A DNA stretch of 64,000 bases from a bacterium (lineage in GTDB: Bacteria > Electryoneota > RPQS01), in contig DASXUQ010000014.1 in NCBI GenBank assembly GCA_036504735.1, forward strand, positions 31,852-95,851, written 5' to 3'. Numbering within the stretch: the stretch's first letter is position 1; each line of letters opens with the position of its first letter. Shown in pieces: positions 31,767 to 44,756 of the stretch. The notes beneath the pieces are model-generated. The model searched no databases and was not told where the DNA came from. It saw only the letters and a list, made by a program, of their open reading frames with translations. The position numbers were made by a program, and so were the translations under genes.

Positions 31767-32477
31767 ATGGACAACATACTCGTCATCTTCAAGAGGGAAT
31801 TCCGTTCCTACTTCGATTCCCCGGTTGCCTACATCGTTCTCATGTTCTTCCTCCTCGTCTCCGGATACTTCTTCACGTCCAACCTGTTTCTGATGAATCA
31901 GGCCAATCTCCAGACTCTCTTCGGAATTATCCCGCTGCTCTACATCTTCTTTGTGCCGGCGATTTCCATGAGGCTGGTCGCCGAAGAGCGGAAATCCGGA
32001 ACGATTGAGCTGCTGTTCACCTATCCCATCAAGGATTCCGAGATCATCATCGGCAAATATCTCGCCGCCCTCGGACTGATCCTGATCCTGCTGCTGTTCA
32101 CCCTCGTCTATGCGATCTCCGTGAGTATGCTCGGCAATATGGACGGCGGGCAGACGTTCTCCGGCTACCTCGCCCTGTTCCTGATGGGCGCGGGCTATCT
32201 GGCCATCGGCGTCTTCGCCTCGTCGATCACGGAGAACCAGATCATCGCTTTCATCGTCGCCCTTGCCATCTCCTTCTTCTTCTTTATCATCAACAAGATT
32301 CTGTTTTTCGTTCCACCGGCGCTCGCCAGCATTTTCGAGTATCTGGCCATCGAGTACCACTTCCAGAACATCGCCCGCGGTGTCATTGACACCCGTGCCT
32401 TGATCTACTTCTTCTCGATGATCTACGTGAGTCTGTTACTCGCCAGCCACGCACTGTCGCGGCGCAAGGGCGACTGA
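31767..32477 (+). CDS. ABC-2 type permease (GldF-like).
   Basis: 237 aa, 6 TM segments. Start reassigned to the ATG at 31767 (MDNILVIFKREFRSYF). Confidence 0.75.
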   Translation: MDNILVIFKREFRSYFDSPVAYIVLMFFLLVSGYFFTSNLFLMNQANLQTLFGIIPLLYIFFVPAISMRLVAEERKSGTIELLFTYPIKDSEIIIGKYLAALGLILILLLFTLVYAISVSMLGNMDGGQTFSGYLALFLMGAGYLAIGVFASSITENQIIAFIVALAISFFFFIINKILFFVPPALASIFEYLAIEYHFQNIARGVIDTRALIYFFSMIYVSLLLASHALSRRKGD

Positions 32478-32506
32478 GCGAACAAGCCAAACAGGAAAAT
32501 AGCCAA

Positions 32507-34102
32507 ATGAAACGAAAAACCTGGTCTGTCTCGTCCATCTCCAGCTTGGCCGTCGTGATCGCCATAGTCGTTGTGATCAACCTGATCGGCACACGGGTCT
32601 TCACCCGCGCCGATCTGACGGAAAAGAAGATCTATACTCTCAGCCCCGCGTCCCGCCACACGGTGGCCAATCTCTCCGACCGCCTTACGGTCAAGGCCTA
32701 TTTTACGAAGAACTTGCCGCCGCCGTACAATGCCAACTCGGAATACATCAATGACGTGCTGCGGGACTATAAGGCTTACAGCCACGGCAAATTCGTCTAT
32801 GAATTCGTGGATCCCGCCAACGAAGCCAAGCTCGAAGAGGAAGCCCAGCGCTACCGCATTCAGCCGGCTCAGGTCAACGTCATGGAGAAGGACAACCTTC
32901 AGGTCAAGAAGGTCTACATGGGCCTCGTGCTGATCTACGGCGACAAGCACGAAACCATTCCCATTATTCAGGACGTCGACGGCTTCGAATATGACATGAC
33001 CTCCACCATCAAGCGGCTGGTCTCCGATCATATTCCCAAGGTCGGGTTCCTCGGTGGTTTCGGCACGCCCGATCTCGGCCAGGACATGCGGAACCTCACC
33101 ACCGCGCTTTCCAAGCACTACGACGTGACCCCGGTCAGCACCGAAGCCGGCAACAGCATGATCGACAACAACATCGACGTGCTCTGCATCGTGCAGCCCA
33201 AGGAGGCGCTGGACGACTGGACGAAGTTCTGTATCGACCAGTATGTGATGCACGGCGGCAAGGTCGGCTGGTTTATCAACAAGGTGAAGGCCGATCCGCA
33301 AACCTCGCAGGCCAGCGGCATGAACCTCGGCATCGACGACATGACGCGCGGTTACGGTTTTGCCGTGGGCAACAACCTGGTCACCGACGCCCACGCCGCG
33401 GCCATTACCGTGCAGCAGCCGCAGGGCAACGTTATGATGATCACGCAGGTATATTATCCGGCCTTCCCGAATATCACGGACATCAGCAAGCAGCATCCCA
33501 TGGTCAAGGACCTGCAGCAGCTCACACTCTTCTTCCCCAGTTCCGTGGACACCGTCCGTCCCGTGGGCGCGCAGGTGCAGTATGCGCCGCTGTTCAGTTC
33601 CAGCGACAAGACCCGGCTTCAGGTAGGCCGCTATGACATCAATCCCATGGCGCAAATGAAGCGCGAAGATTATGTCGGTCCCAAGAAACTGCTCGGCGTG
33701 GCCATGACCGGTACGTTCCAGTCGTTTTTCTCCGGCAAGCCCGTGCCGCATCCCAAGGACAGTACCGCCGCTCTGCCGTCCGTGAGCATCGTCACCCAGA
33801 GCCCGAACACGCGCATGGTCGTCATCGGCGACGGCAACTTCGTGCAGGGCCAGTATGCGCAGGGCGGCGGCCCCAACCAGATTCTCTTCCTCAATGCCGT
33901 CGATTGGCTGAGCCAGGATCAGGACCTGATGAGCATCCGTTCGCGTGAAGCGGCGATTCGTCCGCTGAAGCCGGACATTTCCGATACGACCAAGCAAACC
34001 GTCAAGTACGCCAATCTGTTCGTGCCACCCGCGCTCGTGCTCATGCTCGGACTCTTCCGCTGGACCGCGAAGCGCAATCGCCGCAAGGGAGTGACACTAT
34101 GA
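32507..34102 (+). CDS. gldG: GldG-family ABC auxiliary component (ABC_transp_aux).
   Basis: 531 aa. N- and C-terminal TM anchors with a large periplasmic domain. Sits in a conserved gldA/gldF/gldG-like gene order. Confidence 0.7.
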   Translation: MKRKTWSVSSISSLAVVIAIVVVINLIGTRVFTRADLTEKKIYTLSPASRHTVANLSDRLTVKAYFTKNLPPPYNANSEYINDVLRDYKAYSHGKFVYEFVDPANEAKLEEEAQRYRIQPAQVNVMEKDNLQVKKVYMGLVLIYGDKHETIPIIQDVDGFEYDMTSTIKRLVSDHIPKVGFLGGFGTPDLGQDMRNLTTALSKHYDVTPVSTEAGNSMIDNNIDVLCIVQPKEALDDWTKFCIDQYVMHGGKVGWFINKVKADPQTSQASGMNLGIDDMTRGYGFAVGNNLVTDAHAAAITVQQPQGNVMMITQVYYPAFPNITDISKQHPMVKDLQQLTLFFPSSVDTVRPVGAQVQYAPLFSSSDKTRLQVGRYDINPMAQMKREDYVGPKKLLGVAMTGTFQSFFSGKPVPHPKDSTAALPSVSIVTQSPNTRMVVIGDGNFVQGQYAQGGGPNQILFLNAVDWLSQDQDLMSIRSREAAIRPLKPDISDTTKQTVKYANLFVPPALVLMLGLFRWTAKRNRRKGVTL

Positions 34103-35061
34103 AACGCCCCGTTGTACTGCTCGCCGCGCTCGTCGTTCTGCTGGGCATCTACTGGCTGGTGCAGAAAAGCAGCAAACCCGTGGTGGAAGCGGATCGTCCG
34201 TTCGTGCAGGTGGACAGCGCCAAGGTGAACAAGCTGAACGTCGTCGCCTCCGGCGAGTCCGTGGAAATGGTCAAGGAAGGCGATAACTGGAACATGATTC
34301 GCCCCGTTACCTATCCTGCCGCCTCCAAAACCGTGCAGTCGGCCATCGGCAAGTTCAAGGATATGAAGCGGCTGACCCTGATCACCTCCAAGCGCGACCG
34401 TTTCCGCGAATTTCAGGTGGATGACAGCGCCGGCGCCAAGGTGACCGTTGGCGACGGCAAGAATTCCTACACGGTGTGGCTGGGCAAGATGAGTCCGTCG
34501 GGCAACTCGTATGCCCGTATGGACGGCTCGGATGACATCTGGGAAGTGGGCGGCAATAACGCTGGCACCTTCAAGCGCAAGGCCAAGGACTGGCGCGACA
34601 AGACCATTACCGAACTGAACGCGGCGGACATTCGCAAGATTACCATCCGCTATCCGTCGGAAACCATGATGATGGAGCGACAGGATACCATGTGGACGGT
34701 CAGCAATGGCAAGACGTCGTTCATCGGCACCAAGGGTCCGGCTGACCGCATTACCAATCTGCTCGCCAGAATGCAGACGGTGGACTTCGTGGACAGCCTT
34801 GCTCCCACCGCCTTCGATGCGTCTGCCGCCACGATCACGGTGGAACTTACCTCAGGCTCGCCCATCGAGTTGAAACTGATCCCCAAAGATGCCGAAGCCA
34901 CCCAGTACTTCCTGCGCAAAACGGGCGCTTCCGCGGACTTTGTCATCTACAAGGCGACCGCCGAAGTGCTGATGAAAAAGACCAACGACTTTAAAGATCA
35001 GCCCGCCAAAGCGACCGCCGAACCCGCCAAGGGCAAAAACAAGGCAAAATCCAAAGCGTGA
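34099..35061 (+). CDS. DUF4340-domain protein (the usual partner downstream of gldG).
   Basis: N-terminal TM anchor. ATGA coupling to gldG. Lys-rich C-terminal tail. Confidence 0.6.
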   Translation: MKRPVVLLAALVVLLGIYWLVQKSSKPVVEADRPFVQVDSAKVNKLNVVASGESVEMVKEGDNWNMIRPVTYPAASKTVQSAIGKFKDMKRLTLITSKRDRFREFQVDDSAGAKVTVGDGKNSYTVWLGKMSPSGNSYARMDGSDDIWEVGGNNAGTFKRKAKDWRDKTITELNAADIRKITIRYPSETMMMERQDTMWTVSNGKTSFIGTKGPADRITNLLARMQTVDFVDSLAPTAFDASAATITVELTSGSPIELKLIPKDAEATQYFLRKTGASADFVIYKATAEVLMKKTNDFKDQPAKATAEPAKGKNKAKSKA

Positions 35062-35109
35062 CCGACCTTCTCGGTCAACCTTCGCGTATTCCTTTCGTCC
35101 GTTGACAAC

Positions 35110-35143
35110 CTGTCGGCGCAGTGGATTCTCCCTGCGCCGACAG
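35110..35143 (+). terminator. Perfect inverted repeat (12-bp stem), candidate terminator or attenuator.
   Basis: ctgtcggcgcag-N10-ctgcgccgacag. No T-run follows. Confidence 0.4.
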
Positions 35144-35176
35144 CGTTACAGGTAACCACTCAAGGACAGGACGCGC

Positions 35177-37174
35177 ATGTCCGCATCCTCCGCCCGCAAG
35201 GCTCCCGCCACACCCCTTCATGTAAAGAAATCGTCAGTTTTCCTGTCGCGCCGGTCGCTGACCATTGCGTTGTTGTTGCTGGTAGCCATGGCCTATCTGC
35301 CCGGTCTCTCCGGGCAGTTTGTCGTGGATGATTACCACCTCTTGCAAGGCCGCGGTGAGCTGATTCGCTCGCACACAGGCTTCAAGGATCTGGTAACCCA
35401 CCCGTTCTGGTGGGGTGCGCCCGCTGCGGGCGACAAGAGCGATCTCTACCGTCCGTGGGTTTCTGCGACCTACTGGCTGGAGTACCGCCTGTCCGGTGGA
35501 TCCCCCGCGCTGTCGCACGTTTCCAATTGGCTGCTGCATCTGGCGAACGCGGGTCTGATTCTCCTATTGTTCACGTCGATCATCGGAGTTGAATACGCGT
35601 TGGTGGTAGCAGCGCTCTCGGCGCTTTCGCCAATCGCCATCAGTTCCGTCGGTTGGATTTCCGGACGAACGGATCTCTGGGCCGCCTGCTTCATGCTGCT
35701 CTTCCTGATCCTCTTCCGCGCTGCGCGCCAAAGCGGCTCGCTGCTTTCCCGGCTTGGCGCCGTGGCGGCGCTGTTCCTTGCCCTCGCATCCAAGGAGATC
35801 GCGGTAATTGCCCCGGTTGTTGCCGCACTGCTGGATTATGTTTCTCCCGTGGTGCATGACGCACCGAAGAAAAATGCGCCGCCCAAATCATCGGCCCTGC
35901 TCGACTACGGTCTGTTGCTTGTGCCGCTCTTTCTGTACTTTGTGATTCGCAGCAAAGTGGTGGGAGCGGCCATCTCCGGCGGCTTCGGCAAGGACCACAT
36001 TCTGCAATCGATTCCGTACTTTCCCGAACAGTTCTTTCGCACTACGGCCCACATTCTGCTGCCGCTGCACTATGATTTCTGGTCCACGCAGCTTCAGTGG
36101 AGCGATCCCGCAACGCGCGGCATTGCCTTCATCGCCGCCTGGCTGGTATTCGTCGCGCTTATGGTTTTGCTGCTGGTTGGACTGAAGCGCAGACAACTCT
36201 GGGCCGCGGCGGGCGCGTGGTATGTGGGCACCCTGTTTCCTGTCTATGTGTTCGGTGGATCCTTTGCCCCCGTCGTGGATCTTTACGCCTATTCGGGCCT
36301 GGCCGCCTTCTGGCTCTGCGTGGTGGACGCTCTGCGATCCGTACTTTCCCTCTCCGTTCCCGCTCAGATCATCCGGCGCAAACGGTTCTTTGTGGCGTCT
36401 GCCGCTGTAGCTCTGCTCTTTGCCGCGCTTGTGGCCATCCGCCTGCCGATTCTCCATTCGGAACGCAGCCTGTGGACCCATCAGCTTGAACGCGATCCTC
36501 ATTCGTCCATAGCGCTCATGGCATTGGCTGAAATTGCCTTCCGGGAAGGCGATTCCCAGCAGGGCCTCCAGCGCACCCAACAGGCCATAGATGCGGATCT
36601 TAAGGCATGGGTGCCGCATTTAACCCTTGTGCAATACTATCTGGAGCAAGGCGATCTTCAACAGGCGGCCCCGCATGTCGATGCTTTGGCTAAGCTTGCC
36701 CCGCGCCAGATGAAGGCCCAGGCCATGATCGGACGCTTCTACTATGAGGCCGGCCATTGCCCCGACGCGGTTCATGCCTACGAGCAGGCGGCAGCCTTGC
36801 AAACGCTGACTCCCGAGGCCCTGTTTGATTATGGCTTGGCCCTGCTCTGTGCCCACGAGGACCGCAGGGCAGGGGAGATCTATGAGGAGGCGCTCCGCGC
36901 CCGTCCGGGATGGCCGCAAGCCAGCAATAATTTGGGAATCTGCTACGAGAATTTGGGAAATCTTGATCAGGCCGCGGTATGTTATCAAAATGCCGTGACG
37001 AATGATCCGAATCTTGCATCGGCATGGGAATCTCTCGCACTGGTCAGTATCAAACAGCGGAAATTTGATGATGCACGCCGCGCGGCGACGCGATACTTCG
37101 CCCTGAATCCTCCACAGGATCGCGCGGATAAACTGCGTGCGAGCCTTGCCGCTGTTGGTACGGCGCAACCGTAA
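35177..37174 (+). CDS. TMTC-like membrane protein: an N-terminal GT-C/PMT-like polytopic domain plus C-terminal TPR repeats.
   Basis: About 11 TM segments in the first 430 aa, with a DDYHLL...HTGF..YRPW motif. TPR-like repeats in the C-terminal 230 aa. Confidence 0.6.
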   Translation: MSASSARKAPATPLHVKKSSVFLSRRSLTIALLLLVAMAYLPGLSGQFVVDDYHLLQGRGELIRSHTGFKDLVTHPFWWGAPAAGDKSDLYRPWVSATYWLEYRLSGGSPALSHVSNWLLHLANAGLILLLFTSIIGVEYALVVAALSALSPIAISSVGWISGRTDLWAACFMLLFLILFRAARQSGSLLSRLGAVAALFLALASKEIAVIAPVVAALLDYVSPVVHDAPKKNAPPKSSALLDYGLLLVPLFLYFVIRSKVVGAAISGGFGKDHILQSIPYFPEQFFRTTAHILLPLHYDFWSTQLQWSDPATRGIAFIAAWLVFVALMVLLLVGLKRRQLWAAAGAWYVGTLFPVYVFGGSFAPVVDLYAYSGLAAFWLCVVDALRSVLSLSVPAQIIRRKRFFVASAAVALLFAALVAIRLPILHSERSLWTHQLERDPHSSIALMALAEIAFREGDSQQGLQRTQQAIDADLKAWVPHLTLVQYYLEQGDLQQAAPHVDALAKLAPRQMKAQAMIGRFYYEAGHCPDAVHAYEQAAALQTLTPEALFDYGLALLCAHEDRRAGEIYEEALRARPGWPQASNNLGICYENLGNLDQAAVCYQNAVTNDPNLASAWESLALVSIKQRKFDDARRAATRYFALNPPQDRADKLRASLAAVGTAQP

Positions 37175-37314
37175 AATGAGGAAATTGCAGGCTTGATCGA
37201 TAGGTTGCATGGCAGCCGACTTAAGATGAATCGCAGAACCCCAGGCCGCGGTCTCGGGTTTTTGCCATTTCTGGACATTGACCTTCCGGCTGAAATATTA
37301 TATCTTAGTAACGA

Positions 37315-39072
37315 ATGAATGCTTTAAAACGACTCTTCCCTTACCTCCGCCCTTATCGCACCGCGATCCTTCTCGGTGCGCTTATTGTGATTGTCAACAA
37401 CGCAATTGGCGCTCTTGAACCGTGGCTGCTCAAGTTGGCCGTGGACAGCCTGAGCAATCAAGGCTCCTGGGCTGTCGTGGGCAAATATGCCGCGCTGATC
37501 GTCGCAGTCGCGCTGAGTGCTGGAGTGCTGAGGTTCTATCTGCGCAAGGTGCTGATCGGCGTCTCGCGTCACGTGGAATTGGACCTGCGCAATGCGGTCT
37601 TCGCCCAGCTTCAGCGGCTTCCCGCGTCCTTCTACAATCGCCATCGCACCGGCGACATCATGGCCCGCATGACCAGCGACCTTGAAGCGGTACGCTCCGT
37701 GCTGGGGCCCGGCATCATGTATCCGATGGATACCATCAGCATGGCGGCCTTCGCGCTGGTGATGATGCTCATTCTCTCGCCCATGTTGACGCTGATGGTC
37801 TTCATCTCCGCGCCGCTGATTTCCCTGACCGTCTTTTATCTCGGGCGGCTGACTTTCAAACTGCATACGCGGATTCAGGAACAATTTTCGGCGCTATCAG
37901 ACCGCGCGCAGGAAAACCTCGCAGGTGTGCGCGTGGTCCGCTCCTTTGCTCAGGAAGAGCGGGAACTGCGCGACTTCGATTTGCTGCACCGCGAATATGT
38001 GGTTCGAAATCTGAAGATGGCTAAAGCGCAGGCGCTGTTTATGCCGGTGCTGGGCCTGATGTTCGAAATCGGCACGGCGCTGATCCTGCTCTACGGCGGT
38101 CGCGGCATCATCAACGGCCATCTGACCCTCGGCGATTTCGTCGCCTTTGTCGGGTACTTGAGCATGCTCGCCTGGCCGATCATTGCCGTTGGCTGGGTCG
38201 CCAATCTCTTTCAGCGCGGCGCGGCTTCGATGAAGCGTATCAGCGAAGTGCTGGATGCCGTTCCCGATATTCAGCCGCCGCGCAATCCTCAACTTCCGCA
38301 CACGGCGCGCGGCGAAATCGTCTTCGATCATGCCACGTTCGCCTATGGAGAAAATGCTCCGGCTCTGACCGATCTGGACTTCACCATTCCCGCGGGAAAA
38401 ACCGTAGCCATTGTCGGACGGACCGGCAGCGGCAAGTCCACGCTGGTGTCGCTGATTCCACGCCTGTTCGATCCCACCGGCGGACATGTCCTGATTGACG
38501 GCATTCCCACCACCGAATGGGATCTGCGCGCACTGCGGGACATGGTCGGCGTCGTTCCGCAGGATGCCCTGCTGTTTTCCGATACGTTGCGGGCGAATAT
38601 CAGCTTTGGTGTCGAACACGTGGCGGATGAACGCTTCGAAGAAACGGCGGAGATTTCGCAGATTTCCAAAGACGTGAAGGACTTCCCGCGCGGCTTCGAC
38701 ACTATGGTCGGTGAACGTGGCCTGTCCCTTTCCGGCGGACAGAAAGGCCGTACCGCGCTGGCCCGGGCGCTGCTCAAAGATCCGAAGATTCTCATTCTCG
38801 ACGATTCTCTGGCCGCCGTGGATACCCAAACGGAAGAGCAGATCCTCGAAGGCCTGCGGCGCTTCATGGTCGGCAGAACGTCCATTATCATTTCCCATCG
38901 CGTCTCCACGGTCAAGCATGCCGATGAGATCATTGTGCTTGACCAAGGCGCGGTTATCGAGCGCGGCAGTCACCGTGAACTGCTGGCCAACGGCGGCTAC
39001 TATGCCGAATTGGACCGCATGCAGCGCTTGGAAGCCGAACTCGAAGAACTGGAAACGGAGCCCCAGCCATGA
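37315..39072 (+). CDS. ABC exporter half-transporter (TMD-NBD), subunit 1.
   Basis: Six N-terminal TM segments. Walker A GRTGSGKST, signature LSGGQKGR, Walker B ILILDDS. Confidence 0.85.
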   Translation: MNALKRLFPYLRPYRTAILLGALIVIVNNAIGALEPWLLKLAVDSLSNQGSWAVVGKYAALIVAVALSAGVLRFYLRKVLIGVSRHVELDLRNAVFAQLQRLPASFYNRHRTGDIMARMTSDLEAVRSVLGPGIMYPMDTISMAAFALVMMLILSPMLTLMVFISAPLISLTVFYLGRLTFKLHTRIQEQFSALSDRAQENLAGVRVVRSFAQEERELRDFDLLHREYVVRNLKMAKAQALFMPVLGLMFEIGTALILLYGGRGIINGHLTLGDFVAFVGYLSMLAWPIIAVGWVANLFQRGAASMKRISEVLDAVPDIQPPRNPQLPHTARGEIVFDHATFAYGENAPALTDLDFTIPAGKTVAIVGRTGSGKSTLVSLIPRLFDPTGGHVLIDGIPTTEWDLRALRDMVGVVPQDALLFSDTLRANISFGVEHVADERFEETAEISQISKDVKDFPRGFDTMVGERGLSLSGGQKGRTALARALLKDPKILILDDSLAAVDTQTEEQILEGLRRFMVGRTSIIISHRVSTVKHADEIIVLDQGAVIERGSHRELLANGGYYAELDRMQRLEAELEELETEPQP

Positions 39073-40934
39073 GCGCACCCGGTAACGGCTGGAAACCCGA
39101 AGACGAAGTGATGGGCAAGGCCTACGACGCCCGTCTCGCCAAGCGGCTGTGGGGCTACGTGGGCGCGCAAAAGCGCATGATTGCGCTGGCGGTGCTTCTG
39201 CTGGTGCTCGGCGCCGCCGCCGAACTGGCCGGACCACTGCTCGTCAAACGGGCGATTGACGTCTACATCAAGGGCAAGGACTGGCACGGACTGGTGCTCA
39301 TCACCTTCGCCTTCATCGGCATCGCCATCGCCGGAGCCTTTCTACGCTGGGGCGAGGTCTATCTTACCAGCGCCGCCGGGCAGCATATCGTCTACCGTAT
39401 GCGGCTCCAGCTCTACGAAAAGCTGCAGCGGATCTCCATTCCCTACTACGACAAGCACCCCGTCGGGCAGCTCATGTCGCGCATCACGTCCGACGTGCAG
39501 GCGCTCTATGACCTCTTCAGCTCGGGACTCGTCGCCATTGTCGGCGATGTGATCACCCTGCTCGGCATCATGGTGGTGATGTTCATCGTCAGTTGGAAAC
39601 TGGCGTTGATCACCTGCTCTGTGATCCCCGTGTTGTTGCTGATCACCTTTACCTTCCGCAAGCATGTGCGCGATCTCTACCGCGCCACGCGGCTGAAAAT
39701 CGCCAACCTCAACAGCTATCTGCACGAGAACATCGTCGGTATGCGGGTGGTGCAGCTCTTCAACCGCGAGCCGAAGAACTTCGAGAAGTTCGACGACATC
39801 GGCGCGGATCTGAAGCGCACCTATTTGCAGACGATCTTCTACTATTCGGTGTTCTTCCCGGCGGTGGAACTGGTCTCGTCCGTGGCCGTCGCACTGATCA
39901 TCTTCGGCGGCGGCGGCATGATTCTGAAAGGCGCCCTTACGCTGGGAACGCTGGTCGCCTTCATTCAGTACGTCGAGCGTTTCTACCGTCCCGTACGCGA
40001 CCTCGCCGAAAAGTACAACATCCTGCAGGGCGCTATGGCCGCCTCGGAGCGCGTCTTCAAGGTCATTGATCACCCCATCGAAGTCCCGCCCCCACAGGTT
40101 CCTGTGGCGGCAGACTTGGTGCCCCATACCAACGGTGACGGCCACCTCGACGGCCATCTGGAAACCATCAGCAAGGTCTCCATCGAATTCCGCGACGTCT
40201 GGTTTGCCTACCGCGATGAAGAGTGGGTGCTGAAGGATGTCAGCTTTATGGTGAAGCCCGGCGAGTCCGTCGCCATTGTCGGGGCCACCGGTGCAGGCAA
40301 GACCACCATGATCTCCCTGCTCAGCCGCTTCTACGATGTCCAAAAGGGCCAAATACTTGTCAATGGCGTGGACATTCGCGACATTGACCTGCAAATCCTC
40401 CGCCGCATGATGGGCATTGTCTTGCAGGACGTCTTCGTCTTCGCAGGCACCATTGAAGACAACATCCGCTACGGCTCGCCCGAGAAGAGCCGTGCCGAAG
40501 TGGAGAAAGCCGCCGCCCTCGTGCATGCCGACCGCTTCATCCGCCGCCTGCCCCATGGCTACGACGAACCTGTCATGGAACGCGGAGCCACACTCTCGGC
40601 AGGGGAGAGGCAGCTTTTGGCTTTTGCCCGCGCCTTGCTGCTCGAACCGCAGGTCCTGATTCTCGATGAGGCCACGGCATCCATCGACACTGAAACCGAA
40701 CAGCTCATTCAAGATGCCATCGAGCGCCTGCTTTCAGGCCGAACCTCTATCATCATCGCGCACCGTCTGTCCACGATTCAGCGTTGCGACCGGATTCTGG
40801 TCTTCCACCATGGCCGTTTGCGGGAAGAAGGCACCCAGGATCAGTTGCTGGCCCAGCGCGGAATCTATTATCGTCTGTATCAGCTCCAATTCGGACGCAG
40901 AACCGTGGAATTGCCCTCCGATAAAGTCACTTGA
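39069..40934 (+). CDS. ABC exporter half-transporter (TMD-NBD), subunit 2 (the heterodimer partner).
   Basis: Walker A GATGAGKTT, degenerate signature LSAGERQ, Walker B ILILDEAT. 4-nt overlap with subunit 1. Confidence 0.85.
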   Translation: MSAPGNGWKPEDEVMGKAYDARLAKRLWGYVGAQKRMIALAVLLLVLGAAAELAGPLLVKRAIDVYIKGKDWHGLVLITFAFIGIAIAGAFLRWGEVYLTSAAGQHIVYRMRLQLYEKLQRISIPYYDKHPVGQLMSRITSDVQALYDLFSSGLVAIVGDVITLLGIMVVMFIVSWKLALITCSVIPVLLLITFTFRKHVRDLYRATRLKIANLNSYLHENIVGMRVVQLFNREPKNFEKFDDIGADLKRTYLQTIFYYSVFFPAVELVSSVAVALIIFGGGGMILKGALTLGTLVAFIQYVERFYRPVRDLAEKYNILQGAMAASERVFKVIDHPIEVPPPQVPVAADLVPHTNGDGHLDGHLETISKVSIEFRDVWFAYRDEEWVLKDVSFMVKPGESVAIVGATGAGKTTMISLLSRFYDVQKGQILVNGVDIRDIDLQILRRMMGIVLQDVFVFAGTIEDNIRYGSPEKSRAEVEKAAALVHADRFIRRLPHGYDEPVMERGATLSAGERQLLAFARALLLEPQVLILDEATASIDTETEQLIQDAIERLLSGRTSIIIAHRLSTIQRCDRILVFHHGRLREEGTQDQLLAQRGIYYRLYQLQFGRRTVELPSDKVT

Positions 40935-41006
40935 CTTTGGGTGATTTTTGGTATAGATTGCCGTCGGTTCGCGACCCCCACTATCTGGTGCGATTAGGAT
41001 TCTAAA

Positions 41007-41294
41007 GTGACTGTTACCAAAGAAATTATTGAACGTACCGCCGAATTGGCCCGGCTCCGCCTCTCCCCGGAGGAAGCTGAGGCCATGCGCGAGACGTTAA
41101 ATAAGGTTTTTCAATATATTGACCAGCTTCACGAGGTCAATACAGACGGTGTGGAACCGCTTCATCACGTCTTGGATATGTCCAATGTGATGGAACCTGA
41201 TGTGCCGCACGCCTGCTTTACGCGTGAAGAGGCCCTGAAAAATGCGCCCGACCGCACTGGGGAATTCTTCCGTCTTCCAAGGGTTGTAGGCTGA
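41007..41294 (+). CDS. gatC: Asp-tRNA(Asn)/Glu-tRNA(Gln) amidotransferase subunit C.
   Basis: 95 aa. IERTAELARLRLSPEEAEAM...VEPLHHVLDMSNVMEPDVP matches GatC. Confidence 0.85.
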   Translation: MTVTKEIIERTAELARLRLSPEEAEAMRETLNKVFQYIDQLHEVNTDGVEPLHHVLDMSNVMEPDVPHACFTREEALKNAPDRTGEFFRLPRVVG

Positions 41295-41295
41295 T

Positions 41296-42027
41296 ATGGC
41301 CGTTTTGGCTGTTATCCCTGCCCGTTTTGCGTCCACCCGCTTTCCCGGCAAGCCTTTGGCGCTGATCGCCGGCAAGCCGATGGTGCAGCATGTCTTTGAG
41401 CGCTGCTCTCGCGCCGGAAATGTGGACCGCGTGATTATCGCCACGGAAGACGTCCGCATCGTGGAAGCCTGCAAGGACTTCAACGGCGATTGCGAAATGA
41501 CGTCGCCCGACCACGCGTCCGGTACCGATCGCGTCGCCGAAATCGCCCGCCGCCATCCGGAATTTTCCGCGGTGCTGAATGTACAGGGCGATGAACCCGG
41601 CATCGCACCGGAAACGGTGAACGCTGTCGCCGGAGCTTTGCTCGACGGTCACACGCCCCTTTCCACGGCCATTTCCCCGCTGGATAATGCCGCCGATTTG
41701 GCCAATCCCAATGTGGTGAAGGTGGTCACCACCCTCACCGGCGGCGCGCTCTATTTCAGCCGCTCGCCCATTCCGTTTCACCGCGACGGCAATCCCGCTG
41801 CCCGCCCGGCCTATTTCCGGCATCTGGGGATTTATGGTTTTCAGCGGGACGTCCTGCTGCGCGTGACGGGACTTTCGGTATCGCCCCTCGAACGGGCCGA
41901 GTCCCTCGAACAACTGCGCTGGCTGCAATCCGGCTTTGCAATTCAATGTGTGCAGGTTCCGCAATATTCCATCGGCGTGGACACACCGGAAGACCTGAAA
42001 TCCCTCGCGATCTCCTTCCCAACCTAA
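41296..42027 (+). CDS. kdsB: 3-deoxy-manno-octulosonate cytidylyltransferase (CMP-KDO synthetase).
   Basis: VIPARFASTRFPGKPL, VQGDEPGI and IGVDTPEDL motifs. Confidence 0.9.
   Translation: MAVLAVIPARFASTRFPGKPLALIAGKPMVQHVFERCSRAGNVDRVIIATEDVRIVEACKDFNGDCEMTSPDHASGTDRVAEIARRHPEFSAVLNVQGDEPGIAPETVNAVAGALLDGHTPLSTAISPLDNAADLANPNVVKVVTTLTGGALYFSRSPIPFHRDGNPAARPAYFRHLGIYGFQRDVLLRVTGLSVSPLERAESLEQLRWLQSGFAIQCVQVPQYSIGVDTPEDLKSLAISFPT

Positions 42028-44745
<2,718 letters not shown>

Positions 44746-44756
<11 letters not shown>

Noticed and set aside
32423-33997. 524-aa minus-strand ORF antisense to gldG.
   Set aside because: Same reasoning. gldG on the plus strand has the expected TM-periplasmic-TM layout and operon context.
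37897-40712. Two long minus-strand ORFs (446 and 456 aa) antisense to the ABC exporter pair.
   Set aside because: The plus-strand genes carry Walker A/B and signature motifs. The antisense frames are featureless.
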